64,000 nucleotides of DNA, taken from assembly GCA_964638675.1 (NCBI GenBank), contig CAZXAU010000010.1, forward strand, positions 8,272 to 72,271. Reading direction: 5' to 3'. The translations under genes were made by a program, and so were the position numbers. Below the pieces are notes generated by a model. That model saw only the letters and a list, made by a program, of their open reading frames with translations. It was not told the DNA's origin and ran no database searches. Source of the DNA: an uncultured Lachnospiraceae bacterium. GTDB lineage: Bacteria; Bacillota; Clostridia; Oscillospirales; CAG-272. Below, in pieces: positions 37,995 through 46,828 of the stretch (position 1 is its first letter; every line of letters begins with the position of its first letter).

Positions 37995-38417
37995 CTATCT
38001 CTCACCTCCAAAAAATCCGCTGTCTGAGGTCGTCGAATATATTGTATCGTCGAAGTTTATCGTTATCTTTCCTTCATCATCAGGCTTCGGAAGCATTGTT
38101 ACGATCTCCTGCGATACTATATTCGGAAATATCGGTATGTTCTCCTTTACCCTCTTATAATATCCGTCCGCATCGACCTCTATTATATACCTCTTTATAG
38201 GCTTCTCACCTTTCGACGGGTCGTTATAATCCTCATCGTAAGAGGCAAGCTTGAACGGCCCCGCAAGTCCTGCATTGTTCGATACATCACTTTCTATAAG
38301 ATATGTCGAGTCCCCCCTTTGCCCATACACATTTACTATCGCATCCTTTATCGGTGATATTACTAAACCACTGAGAATCGTTACATTAAGATATCCGTAA
38401 TTCTTTTCATTGTCCAT
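37995..38417 (-). CDS. SleC N-terminal prepeptide-like protein (carboxypeptidase-regulatory-like fold), encoded as a separate ORF
   Basis: GYLNVTILSGLVISPIKDAIVNVYG...YIIEVDADGYYKRV parallels the SleC N-terminus (GFLTVSIID...NAVVNIY...YIVEAIADGYE) as I remember it. RBS GAGAGG precedes the start. Confidence 0.65.
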   Translation of the reverse strand: MDNEKNYGYLNVTILSGLVISPIKDAIVNVYGQRGDSTYLIESDVSNNAGLAGPFKLASYDEDYNDPSKGEKPIKRYIIEVDADGYYKRVKENIPIFPNIVSQEIVTMLPKPDDEGKITINFDDTIYSTTSDSGFFGGER

Positions 38418-38452
38418 ATGTTCGCCTCTCTTTTTTCTATGCTATCTCTACC

Positions 38453-38481
38453 ATTATATGCTACCATATCGCAATTGACAC
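38453..38481 (-). promoter_or_regulatory. Putative promoter of the SleC-like cluster
   Basis: On the minus strand, GTGTCA-17 nt-TATAAT within GCATATAATG. The CATA-type -10 would also be compatible with mother-cell sigma factors. Confidence 0.4.
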
Positions 38482-38553
38482 CTTCTTCTTTGAAAATGAA
38501 GAAATCTTCCTCTTTGAAAATGAGGAAATCTTCTTCTTTAAAAAGAAGAAGCG
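38482..38553 (-). repeat. Three tandem 24-nt hairpin-forming units
   Basis: The three units are CTTCTTCTTTGAAAATGAAGAAAT, CTTCCTCTTTGAAAATGAGGAAAT and CTTCTTCTTTAAAAAGAAGAAGCG. Confidence 0.85.
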
Positions 38554-38611
38554 ATAAACTTTCCTTAAATGGCTGAACTGAATAGGTAGTCATCCAACTT
38601 TTAGCTACGCT

Positions 38612-38679
38612 GAAAAACAACCAAAAAGCGAACGCCGACGCAGATGAATGCAATCACTCATCGTACGTCGGCGTTCGCT
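38612..38679 (-). terminator. Rho-independent terminator of the MoxR/vWA operon
   Basis: A 14-bp perfect stem, AGCGAACGCCGACG...CGTCGGCGTTCGCT, is followed on the minus strand by TTTTTGGTTGTTTTT. Confidence 0.8.
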
Positions 38680-38689
38680 CTTCGGTTAT

Positions 38690-38717
38690 TTTTTTCAAAC
38701 ATATATGTTTGAAAAAA
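38690..38717. repeat. 28-nt perfect A/T-rich palindrome
   Basis: TTTTTTCAAACATA|TATGTTTGAAAAAA. Confidence 0.8.
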
Positions 38718-38821
38718 TCGTATGACGGGAATATCAGTATAGCTATCCGTCTTGTCCGAAAATAAAGCTTTTGCCGAGGCTTTTCCCGAAAAGCCGGAAA
38801 AAACCATTAGATAAAGTAATA

Positions 38822-41419
38822 TTATCGGATATTAAAAAACTGTTTAATATCACGCAACGAAAGCTTGCGCAGACCGATATCGATAAGCACGAGCAAACCA
38901 ATAATAATACCTAAAGGAATCAGGAGATCACGTGAATAATCGAAGGTTTTAGGCAGCAGAGACGATACGACATTTATATCGTCATTTGGCAGAAAGAGCT
39001 GTCCTGTTCCGTATGAGGTAAGACGGGACATAAGGGTCAGTCCATCTGATGAAAAGAGGTTATACTCTTTTTTGTAGTCGACTATCAGGTCATGTGATAT
39101 GAAATCGATTTCTGAGCCATCGTCAAAAAGAGTGATCTTAAGATTGTAAACACCAACATTCGAGGTATCGATAAAGCCCGAATATATACCGGCGGCAATA
39201 TTTGTTAGAGAAAGCTCGGTCAGTTTTGAATCGCAGGTTATCTGGCATACAACTTCGCCGCTGTACTCATTTCCGGGAGTCTCTACGGTAATCTGAGTCT
39301 GATTACCGATATCCGAAAACAGGAGATTAAGCGAAGATGAAGTCGGAATCTTGCTGAGTGTGGTGCTGACAAGACGTTTGGTAATCTCCTTTCCGTCATC
39401 AGTGTAATACCATTCACCAGAGCAGAAGCCGTAAGTATCAGACATAAAGGAAGCAACGATTCCATCGCCACGATTTATGCAGGCAAATATAGGATCACCA
39501 TCAGTCGAAGTGAGATATGCAGTGGCACCGTCCTTGAGTTTACTGCCGATATAACCGTTGAGAACAGGAATTGTTTCATCAACAAATCCTGAGGAGATCG
39601 GGTGGAGCTTGTTGATCACAGGCTTTGTTGTTTCACGAATAAACGGGTTGACAGTAACAAGCTTGGCATCACTGAGCATAATATCAGGGAGATCGACAGC
39701 GTAGGAAACATAATAGAACGAACCGCCGCCGAGAGCCGACATTTCCTCAAGAATGTAAGAATTGTAGGAAAGACCGATTGTAGAAACGGTAATTCCCTCA
39801 CTGTACATCTTAGACACAATATCGTAGTATCCGCTGTCAAAAGGTTCACCGTCAGACAGGAAAATGACATGACGGGCTGTGGCGTCAGACTTTGAAAGCT
39901 CTTCATAAGCAAGCGCAAGCGGCGGAGAGTACGACGTTCCCGAACCTGCCTCAAGTTCGGATATACGGCGTTTGATAATATCCTTATTGGCATCGGTCGC
40001 AGGAAGCAATTCGCTTGTGAGGGTGGCAGTAGAACAAAAGGAGATCACACCGACGTAATCGGTGGAATTAAGCGAATCGGTACACATTATAGCTCCCTCT
40101 TTAGCCAGAGGAAGGTTCATCTGATTGAGAACCATACTTCGTGAACGGTCGATAACTAGCATAAGCGCAACCGAAGATTCCTCATCCGGCTTTTCGTATT
40201 CAAGATCAACGGGGAGAAGCTCCTCATAACCATTGCCTTTCATATTTCCGAAAGAATAGGTAGAAGTTCCGCCGATAGTCAGAAGTGTTCTGCCGTATTT
40301 TGATACATAAGTGTCGAGGATCTTATCATAACCATCGGGAAAATTTGCGGCGTCAACATTGACGAGGACGACTTCATCATATTGACAAAGCTCGCTGAAA
40401 GTCTTTGGAGCATTGCGAGGAGTCAGAAGAGTAACCGAATAATCGTCACGAAGCAACTGCCTGAGATTTGAAGCATCCGAAAAAGAATCGGCAATCAGAA
40501 GGACAGAAGGCTTGCCCTTGACATTCACACTGACAGAAGCGGTGTTGTTGATTGGGGATCTATCCTCACCTCCGAAAAGAGTCAAGGTGAAAACACGGTT
40601 TCCGCCCTCAGTGGGGGCAATATCAAACTCAAATAAATTGCTTCCCTCTTCGAGATCGCAGGAAAAGGTGCCGGAATATTTTCCGTTCTCACGCAAAATC
40701 ATAGTGGAAACGGCGGGGTAAGAACTGTCGATCTGTGCAATAAAATGAATATCTTCGCCGTAATATACACCGTCAGATGCAGAAAGTGAGGTAAGCTGAA
40801 TTTCCTTTCCGATATTCGCAGACGAATCAAAGTATACGGCATCAAGACGAATGCCCTGAGAGGCGAGATACCTTGCACTTTCAGCGGCATCGTTGTCAGT
40901 TTGCAGACCGTCAGTTAAAAGAATTATTCGCTTTCCACGGTCATCCGGCATAAGAGAAGCGGCATATTCTATGGCGGACGATATATCGCTCGCATCAGTG
41001 ATAAGTGTGTCTGAGTTACCGCCATTTCCGTTTTTTTCTCCGACGAGCGATAGATCGGACGAAACAAAAGAATTTGAAGCAAACGCTACAGTTTTGACCT
41101 CAGTGCCGTTGGAACTTACAGAGTCGGCAAGTTCTGCGGCATAGCTTATCATATCGGCTTGCAGATCTTTTGTGCTATCGGACAGATCGACAAGTATAAC
41201 AACACTGTACATATCCGAACGGCTGACAATACTCATGCCGGCAATGACAAAGCAGAGCAGGGTGAGAGCAATTGAGCGGATAACTGCAGCGGCAGTGCGG
41301 CGGAATGTAAATCTGCTCGTGCAGGAGATAACAAAAAACGGGATAAGTGTAATGGCAAGAGATGGTATGATCAGAAATAAAAACTGAGGATGAGTGAATA
41401 TGATATCAATATTGTTCAT
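38822..41419 (-). CDS. Membrane protein with two von Willebrand factor A domains (BatB-like)
   Basis: N-terminal TM helices, MIDAS motifs VDLSDST and IDRSRSM, and a C-terminal TM helix. The start is set at MNNIDIIF. Confidence 0.8.
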   Translation of the reverse strand: MNNIDIIFTHPQFLFLIIPSLAITLIPFFVISCTSRFTFRRTAAAVIRSIALTLLCFVIAGMSIVSRSDMYSVVILVDLSDSTKDLQADMISYAAELADSVSSNGTEVKTVAFASNSFVSSDLSLVGEKNGNGGNSDTLITDASDISSAIEYAASLMPDDRGKRIILLTDGLQTDNDAAESARYLASQGIRLDAVYFDSSANIGKEIQLTSLSASDGVYYGEDIHFIAQIDSSYPAVSTMILRENGKYSGTFSCDLEEGSNLFEFDIAPTEGGNRVFTLTLFGGEDRSPINNTASVSVNVKGKPSVLLIADSFSDASNLRQLLRDDYSVTLLTPRNAPKTFSELCQYDEVVLVNVDAANFPDGYDKILDTYVSKYGRTLLTIGGTSTYSFGNMKGNGYEELLPVDLEYEKPDEESSVALMLVIDRSRSMVLNQMNLPLAKEGAIMCTDSLNSTDYVGVISFCSTATLTSELLPATDANKDIIKRRISELEAGSGTSYSPPLALAYEELSKSDATARHVIFLSDGEPFDSGYYDIVSKMYSEGITVSTIGLSYNSYILEEMSALGGGSFYYVSYAVDLPDIMLSDAKLVTVNPFIRETTKPVINKLHPISSGFVDETIPVLNGYIGSKLKDGATAYLTSTDGDPIFACINRGDGIVASFMSDTYGFCSGEWYYTDDGKEITKRLVSTTLSKIPTSSSLNLLFSDIGNQTQITVETPGNEYSGEVVCQITCDSKLTELSLTNIAAGIYSGFIDTSNVGVYNLKITLFDDGSEIDFISHDLIVDYKKEYNLFSSDGLTLMSRLTSYGTGQLFLPNDDINVVSSLLPKTFDYSRDLLIPLGIIIGLLVLIDIGLRKLSLRDIKQFFNIR

Positions 41420-43262
41420 AACAGTACACCCCCCATTCAATAAGTAATGCGACAAGCAGAGCAACAGCAACGAAGAACGAGATCTCGCTCAATGCTCCGA
41501 CCGAACTTGCGTTTCCGCTCAAGTCTTCCATATCATAAGGAATAACAGGAAGTGATTGCAGGTCGGGCAAAGAGAATTCACCAACCGGAATGTGTGAGTA
41601 AAACTCTGCCGCTTCGCCCTGCTCTTCACCGATAAGACCTACACAGCTGTAAATTCCCACCTTATCGGGAACATATTCCAGAGATCTCGGATTGTGATCA
41701 AGTATGTATTTTTCTCCGTCAGGATCTGTAATATTCAGCGAAATGCAACCTGCAGGCCTTGATACAGTCAGCGGATAACCGAGCGAAACATCTCTTGATG
41801 AGACAAATTCGGGTGAGGAAAATGATATTATCTCGTTAAGAAGCGGAATAAAATAAGGCTTGAGTGCAATATTGCTGTCGTGAAGGTCAAAGGCAAAAAC
41901 GGTGTGAGTGTAGCCCGATTGATAAGACTTGACGGCAAGAACCGGGTTTTCGTCAGCATACAGCAGAACATCCCAGCTTGCATTGGCAAGTAGCTTTTTG
42001 TATTCTATAAGCATTGTCGAATCATAAACAAAGCGCGAGCCGATACCGCTTGAGCAATCGCTGTTGTATTTAACCTCGATTTGTTCTGAGAGCTGCTGCG
42101 CAAATGTTATTCCGTTTGGCAGTTTCTCACAGCCCAAAAATATGGACGATCCGTCAGACGGAATTATTTTCGGATTGACACCGTCAAATATATAGATATC
42201 ATATCCTTCAAGCGGTTCAGCCTCCTCGTCATCGGGCAATGACGAAAGTCGTGTTACACTGCAATTCCCTATGACCGAAAGTGCATTGTCAAGATAAAAC
42301 GTCGAGCTTCCGACAAGAAGAATTGTCTTGTTGCGGCTTTCATAATTCAGAAGAATATAACTGTTATCCTCTGCAATGGCATCCTCCTGCTCGATAAATA
42401 TCTCAGCCTTGCCGAAGGAGGTCAGCTCTTCTTTGAAAACAGCCTCGTAAGTTTCGCTGCTGTCATTCAGTTCGACCTTGACAGCATCGACAACCTTATC
42501 ATCGATACGCAGACCGACAACAATACTGCCTTCCACAAAAGTGCTTGAGAGCGTTCCGTGGAATTCACAAATGCCCGACTTATCTGAATAGTATGTAAGA
42601 GATTCGAGTGAAATATTGCCGACATCAGAAGAGGAAGAGAGATTAACAAGTCTGACCCTGTCTGCCGAATTCCCTTCTACGCAATCAATATCGGTATAAA
42701 TATAAACCTCGGGACTTTTTGAATTCATGGAAAGCTCGCCTGCAAGCTCAAATGACTTTTCAAAGTCACAGCTGCCAATAGTGCATGAGAGATTTTTTAT
42801 CGCAAGGTCGATCTCACCACGGGAAGACGATTTTTTGAGAACGCAGATCGGATCTGACGATGCCGATATAATGCTGACAGTATGTCCGTAGTTGACCTCT
42901 CCCGACATATTTTCAAGCTCTTTTATAGCTTTTTCAAACCGGGTAGTCCCGTCTTTATCAGGCGTCATCATGCTTGCCGAAGAGTCAACGATCAGGATAT
43001 AATCCTTATTGGGAAAATCGGTCAGAGCAGGACGTGAAACAAGAAACGCCCCGAGACAGATTGCAAGAAGACGCAGCAAAAAAAGCAGTATTTTATTAAA
43101 TCTGCTTATGGGAAGCCTTTTTTTATTGAATTTTTCACTGAGCTTCCAGATGTAAGTTGAAGATACTTTCTTATCCTCACGGTGTGCCTTAATAAGATAT
43201 ATAATAACCAATACAGGCAAACAGAGAATCAGAAGCATTCCCCATGGATTTAAAAAATTCAT
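41406..43262 (-). CDS. BatA-like protein: N-terminal double-TM domain plus a vWA domain
   Basis: Contains MNFLNPWGMLLILCLPVLVIIYLIK, MIDAS VDSSASM and a C-terminal TM helix. Confidence 0.75.
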   Translation of the reverse strand: MNFLNPWGMLLILCLPVLVIIYLIKAHREDKKVSSTYIWKLSEKFNKKRLPISRFNKILLFLLRLLAICLGAFLVSRPALTDFPNKDYILIVDSSASMMTPDKDGTTRFEKAIKELENMSGEVNYGHTVSIISASSDPICVLKKSSSRGEIDLAIKNLSCTIGSCDFEKSFELAGELSMNSKSPEVYIYTDIDCVEGNSADRVRLVNLSSSSDVGNISLESLTYYSDKSGICEFHGTLSSTFVEGSIVVGLRIDDKVVDAVKVELNDSSETYEAVFKEELTSFGKAEIFIEQEDAIAEDNSYILLNYESRNKTILLVGSSTFYLDNALSVIGNCSVTRLSSLPDDEEAEPLEGYDIYIFDGVNPKIIPSDGSSIFLGCEKLPNGITFAQQLSEQIEVKYNSDCSSGIGSRFVYDSTMLIEYKKLLANASWDVLLYADENPVLAVKSYQSGYTHTVFAFDLHDSNIALKPYFIPLLNEIISFSSPEFVSSRDVSLGYPLTVSRPAGCISLNITDPDGEKYILDHNPRSLEYVPDKVGIYSCVGLIGEEQGEAAEFYSHIPVGEFSLPDLQSLPVIPYDMEDLSGNASSVGALSEISFFVAVALLVALLIEWGVYCYEQY

Positions 43263-44155
43263 TTTATCAGTCCTTCGTTTACAGCACTTGTGAAGAGAAT
43301 TTTCTCTACAGACTCATCCGAGCAAAGCGAAATAAACCTGATTTTTCGTGATGAACAAAATGATTTGATATCATTCAAATACCAGGCAAGTGCCTTTTCA
43401 TATGCTTTGAGTGATGAACGGGTAATATCGGCACGGTAATTTCTTGTATCATCTTCAACGATCGATTCACTGTCAAGCATATTGAGCTTACCCGAAAGAG
43501 CAGGGGTAATTTCATCGCGTGAAAGGATCTGAATAAGGCAGACTTCCCTTTTGTTGTACAAAAGCCTATCAGCTGCACCTTTCCAATCACAATCGGTCAG
43601 AAAATCGGAAATAATGAAAGAAATTCCGTCGCCGTAACCGAGCTTTTCACAGCTTTCGATTGCCGATAGAATATCGGTCTGCCCCTGAAATTTAACACCG
43701 TTCAATTTATCTGCAGCAGAATAAAAGGAATCTCTGCCCGTGAAAGGTCGGCAAAGCTCCTCGCATTTGTCCCCCTGCATGAGATTCAGTGATACCCTGT
43801 CGGACGACAGAACGGCAAGATAAGCAAGTGCGGCACAAAGTCGAAGGGCGGTATATCCCTTGTTCACTTTTCCCCAGTTCATAGATGCAGAGCCGTCAAT
43901 ATATATCTTATGGTGTAGCTGTCTTTCATCGACAAACAGCTTGATAAAAAGTTTGTCGAATCTGGCATAAAGATTCGTATCGATATCCCTAAGATCATCC
44001 CCGGGAATATATTCACGGTATTCGGCGAATTCCATAGAATGACCGTACGCATTCGATTGTCTGTTTCCTCCGAACAGACCGCCCAATGCTTTTTCGACAC
44101 AAAGGTCATGACCTTCAAGCATAGAGAGAAAATCGCCGTCTATAATAGCTTTCAT
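43259..44155 (-). CDS. DUF58 domain protein (MoxR-associated, vWA-like fold)
   Basis: Contains GHSMEFAEYREYIPGDDLRDID. Its stop overlaps the downstream start (ATGA). Confidence 0.85.
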   Translation of the reverse strand: MKAIIDGDFLSMLEGHDLCVEKALGGLFGGNRQSNAYGHSMEFAEYREYIPGDDLRDIDTNLYARFDKLFIKLFVDERQLHHKIYIDGSASMNWGKVNKGYTALRLCAALAYLAVLSSDRVSLNLMQGDKCEELCRPFTGRDSFYSAADKLNGVKFQGQTDILSAIESCEKLGYGDGISFIISDFLTDCDWKGAADRLLYNKREVCLIQILSRDEITPALSGKLNMLDSESIVEDDTRNYRADITRSSLKAYEKALAWYLNDIKSFCSSRKIRFISLCSDESVEKILFTSAVNEGLIK

Positions 44156-44205
44156 ATGTTTAACTCACATTACAGATCAAAAATTGTTATCCGTTATCGC
44201 CGATC

Positions 44206-45246
44206 TTATTTTTTCTTTTTACCTTCGGTAAATTTACCATCGGTAAATGACGAAAAAACACTCTTTTTTGTACCGACAGCCGCAATAAGCTTTTCTATTA
44301 TATCATCGGGGCTGAGTCTTTCGCTGATTGCAGTAAAACTCAGCTTGATACGGTGACGAAGCACCGGCAGAGCAAGAGAATTGATATCATCGAACGAAAG
44401 ATTATACCGTCCGTCCATCAGTGCACGAACTTTTCCTGCGGTAATAAGTGCCTGTGCGGCACGGGGGCTTGCTCCGAATCTTATATAATTTTTTGTAACA
44501 TCGGGAGAGGAAGAAAGCTCGGGATGGGTAGCTGAAACCAATCTTACGACATAATCGAGTACATCATCCATAACAAGTATTTCTTTGGCAGATTCACGCA
44601 TACGCAACAGATCTTCTCCGGAAAGAATTGCCTGTGCAGTTTCCTGCATAGTTTTCTGCGTCATATTGACTATCGCCTTAAGCTCGTTATTGCCGGGGAA
44701 TGTAACAATAAGCTTGAACATAAAACGGTCGGTCTGTGCCTCGGGCAGTGAATATGTACCGTCCTGCTCAATTGGGTTCTGTGTTGCAAGGACAAAAAAG
44801 GGTTCTTCAAGTCTGTATGTGGCACCGCTTGCCGTCACTGTATGCTCCTGCATCGCCTCAAGAAGTGCCGACTGTGTTTTCGGAGTTGCTCTGTTGATCT
44901 CATCGGCGAGAATAATGTTGCTGAAGATAGGACCTTTGCGGAAAAATATCTTATTTCCCCCGTTTATATCCTTCTCTATGACATTTGTACCTGTGACATC
45001 GGCAGGCATCAGGTCGGGCGTAAACTGTATACGTGAGAACGGAAGCTCAAATACCCTCCCGAGAGAGCGTACAAGTCTTGTTTTTCCGACACCGGGAACG
45101 CCTTCCAAAAGCACATTTCCCCCCGCAATCAGGGCAATCACCGTATTTTTTACAGTCTCCTCCTGACCTACGACATCCTTCGCTATTTCATTAATTATCA
45201 AATCGCATTTTTCACTGAAAAAAGCTATATCCTTTTCGTTAACCAT
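44206..45246 (-). CDS. MoxR-family AAA+ ATPase
   Basis: Contains LLEGVPGVGKTRL (Walker A), ILADEINR (Walker B) and the C-terminal lid. Family-typical length, plus a Lys-rich tail. Confidence 0.92.
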   Translation of the reverse strand: MVNEKDIAFFSEKCDLIINEIAKDVVGQEETVKNTVIALIAGGNVLLEGVPGVGKTRLVRSLGRVFELPFSRIQFTPDLMPADVTGTNVIEKDINGGNKIFFRKGPIFSNIILADEINRATPKTQSALLEAMQEHTVTASGATYRLEEPFFVLATQNPIEQDGTYSLPEAQTDRFMFKLIVTFPGNNELKAIVNMTQKTMQETAQAILSGEDLLRMRESAKEILVMDDVLDYVVRLVSATHPELSSSPDVTKNYIRFGASPRAAQALITAGKVRALMDGRYNLSFDDINSLALPVLRHRIKLSFTAISERLSPDDIIEKLIAAVGTKKSVFSSFTDGKFTEGKKKK

Positions 45247-45319
45247 TTCTTATACTAAACCTGCTGACTTTTTGAAGTGCAGTATTTCCCTTAAATTATT
45301 TATAAAACATTTTTATATT

Positions 45320-46828
45320 TCAATATTTCAATATTGCTTCAAAATATGCATCCATAAGCTGTCTGTCGGCGTCTGAAAGAAGTCCGTTTTTCAATGCTCT
45401 GCAATATTCATCATAATAAAGTGAAATGACATCGCCGTATTTTACGCTTCCCGAGATCGGGTCATATATCTGTTCGAGCATTTTTCCGGGAATAAGCTCG
45501 CCGCCATCACCGCCGCCGGCAGTATCATCGCCGCCTTCTCCAGGTTTATCTCCCTCACCTTCGCCGGGTTTGTCGCCTTCGCCTTCTCCGGGTTTATCTC
45601 CTTCACCGTCTCCCGGCTTTTCGCCTTCACCTTCACCCTCGCCTGTCTGATTGGCACCGCCAGGCTCCTTCTCGCCGTCCTCGCCCTCCTGGGGCTCACC
45701 TTCGCCTTCTCCCGGCTCGGGCTTTTTTTCGCCTTCGAGCAGTTCATCTTTTGCATCGGAAAGAAGTTTATCAAGCTTTTTCGCTTCATCTTCAAGCTTT
45801 TTCTGATCGTCAAGTGCCTTGTTTATATCTTCTTCGGCTTTATCAAGTGCTTCGTCTGACGGCACTTTATCAAGCTTCTCGGCAAGGTATGCGAGAGCAT
45901 CGTGCAGTTCGTCACCTTCTTTGGTTTCGGACTCGGCAAGCGAATCTCTGATATTGTCTGCAAGCTCCTTTTTCAGATCCGGATCTTCACCCAGCTTGTT
46001 TTTCAGGTCATCTATAGCTTCGCTTACCTTGTTTTTATCGCCTTTACTTATCGCTTCCCCGAGCTTTGAAGTGAGCTCGTGATTCTGAAGCGATTGACCG
46101 ATCTCATCCTTTGTTATGGCATCGTCCATGATCTTATCGATCTCATTCCGTGTATGAGAAATGCTTGATATATTATCGAGCTTTGAATCTGATTTTTTAA
46201 GTTCGCTCTCAAGCTTATCGATCTGATCGTTCAGCTTTTTGTCAAGCTCCTCTTTATTATCAGATTTTTCTACCTCCTTGCGGAGGTCTTCTATAAGATC
46301 TTTTATAACCTCCTGCCTGAAAATTTCTTCTTCTCTGTCTTCGGCATTTGACGGTACATCAAACAGATCATACGGAATGAAAAGAGTGCCGAGTGCAAGT
46401 ATTACGCAAAGCATACAAGAAAGTATTTCTTTTGTTTTTATATGGCTGACAAGAGACCTTCCGGAAAGCTCCTTCATCCGCTTCAGTGTGTCATTTCTCT
46501 GTATGTCTGCCATCTGTGAGGTATCATCCTTATATTCGTACATCGTACCGACACGTTCCTGCATTCCAAGCTCATCGATCCGCCTTGCTATACGTTTTTT
46601 TGTCGGGTAAAAAGCAAGTGCAAACACGACGATCGATGATATGACAAATACAGCTGAACAAAGCAGTACCGTAATCACAGCCGGCAATTCATTACCAACC
46701 AAATGATAAACAAGCGAAAATAATAAAAGAAAGAGAAACGCTGACGAAATTCCGAAAAGAAAGGCACGTATAACTCCTTCTGCTGTCAATCTTATCTTAA
46801 ATTTACGAAATAATTTGCTGTAATCCAT
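45320..46828 (-). CDS. Membrane protein with a long coiled-coil and an acidic GEGEGDKP-repeat region, unknown function
   Basis: Three N-terminal TM helices, a K/E/D-rich coiled-coil region and tandem octapeptide repeats. It is the first gene of the MoxR operon. The start is ATG 46828 (or 46840). Confidence 0.6.
   Translation of the reverse strand: MDYSKLFRKFKIRLTAEGVIRAFLFGISSAFLFLLLFSLVYHLVGNELPAVITVLLCSAVFVISSIVVFALAFYPTKKRIARRIDELGMQERVGTMYEYKDDTSQMADIQRNDTLKRMKELSGRSLVSHIKTKEILSCMLCVILALGTLFIPYDLFDVPSNAEDREEEIFRQEVIKDLIEDLRKEVEKSDNKEELDKKLNDQIDKLESELKKSDSKLDNISSISHTRNEIDKIMDDAITKDEIGQSLQNHELTSKLGEAISKGDKNKVSEAIDDLKNKLGEDPDLKKELADNIRDSLAESETKEGDELHDALAYLAEKLDKVPSDEALDKAEEDINKALDDQKKLEDEAKKLDKLLSDAKDELLEGEKKPEPGEGEGEPQEGEDGEKEPGGANQTGEGEGEGEKPGDGEGDKPGEGEGDKPGEGEGDKPGEGGDDTAGGGDGGELIPGKMLEQIYDPISGSVKYGDVISLYYDEYCRALKNGLLSDADRQLMDAYFEAILKY
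45540..45643 (-). repeat. Imperfect 24-nt tandem repeat, about 4.3 units (coding, GEGEGDKP)
   Basis: Plus-strand units CCRGGYTTDTCBCCYTCRCCKTCK occur at 45540, 45564, 45588 and 45612. Confidence 0.8.

Noticed and set aside
38381-38653. Track ORF of 90 aa (minus strand) with the internal peptide repeat FKEEDFLIFKEEDFFIFKEE.
   Set aside because: It spans the operon terminator stem, the three tandem 24-nt hairpin units and the putative promoter, and it overlaps the start of the 140-aa gene. The peptide repeat is simply the translation of the DNA hairpin array. There is no RBS.
45540-45643. Tandem repeats examined as possible CRISPR arrays (45540-45643 and 38482-38553).
   Set aside because: The units are contiguous with no spacers. 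The first set is in-frame coding sequence (GEGEGDKP). There are only 3-4 units, and no cas genes are in the window.
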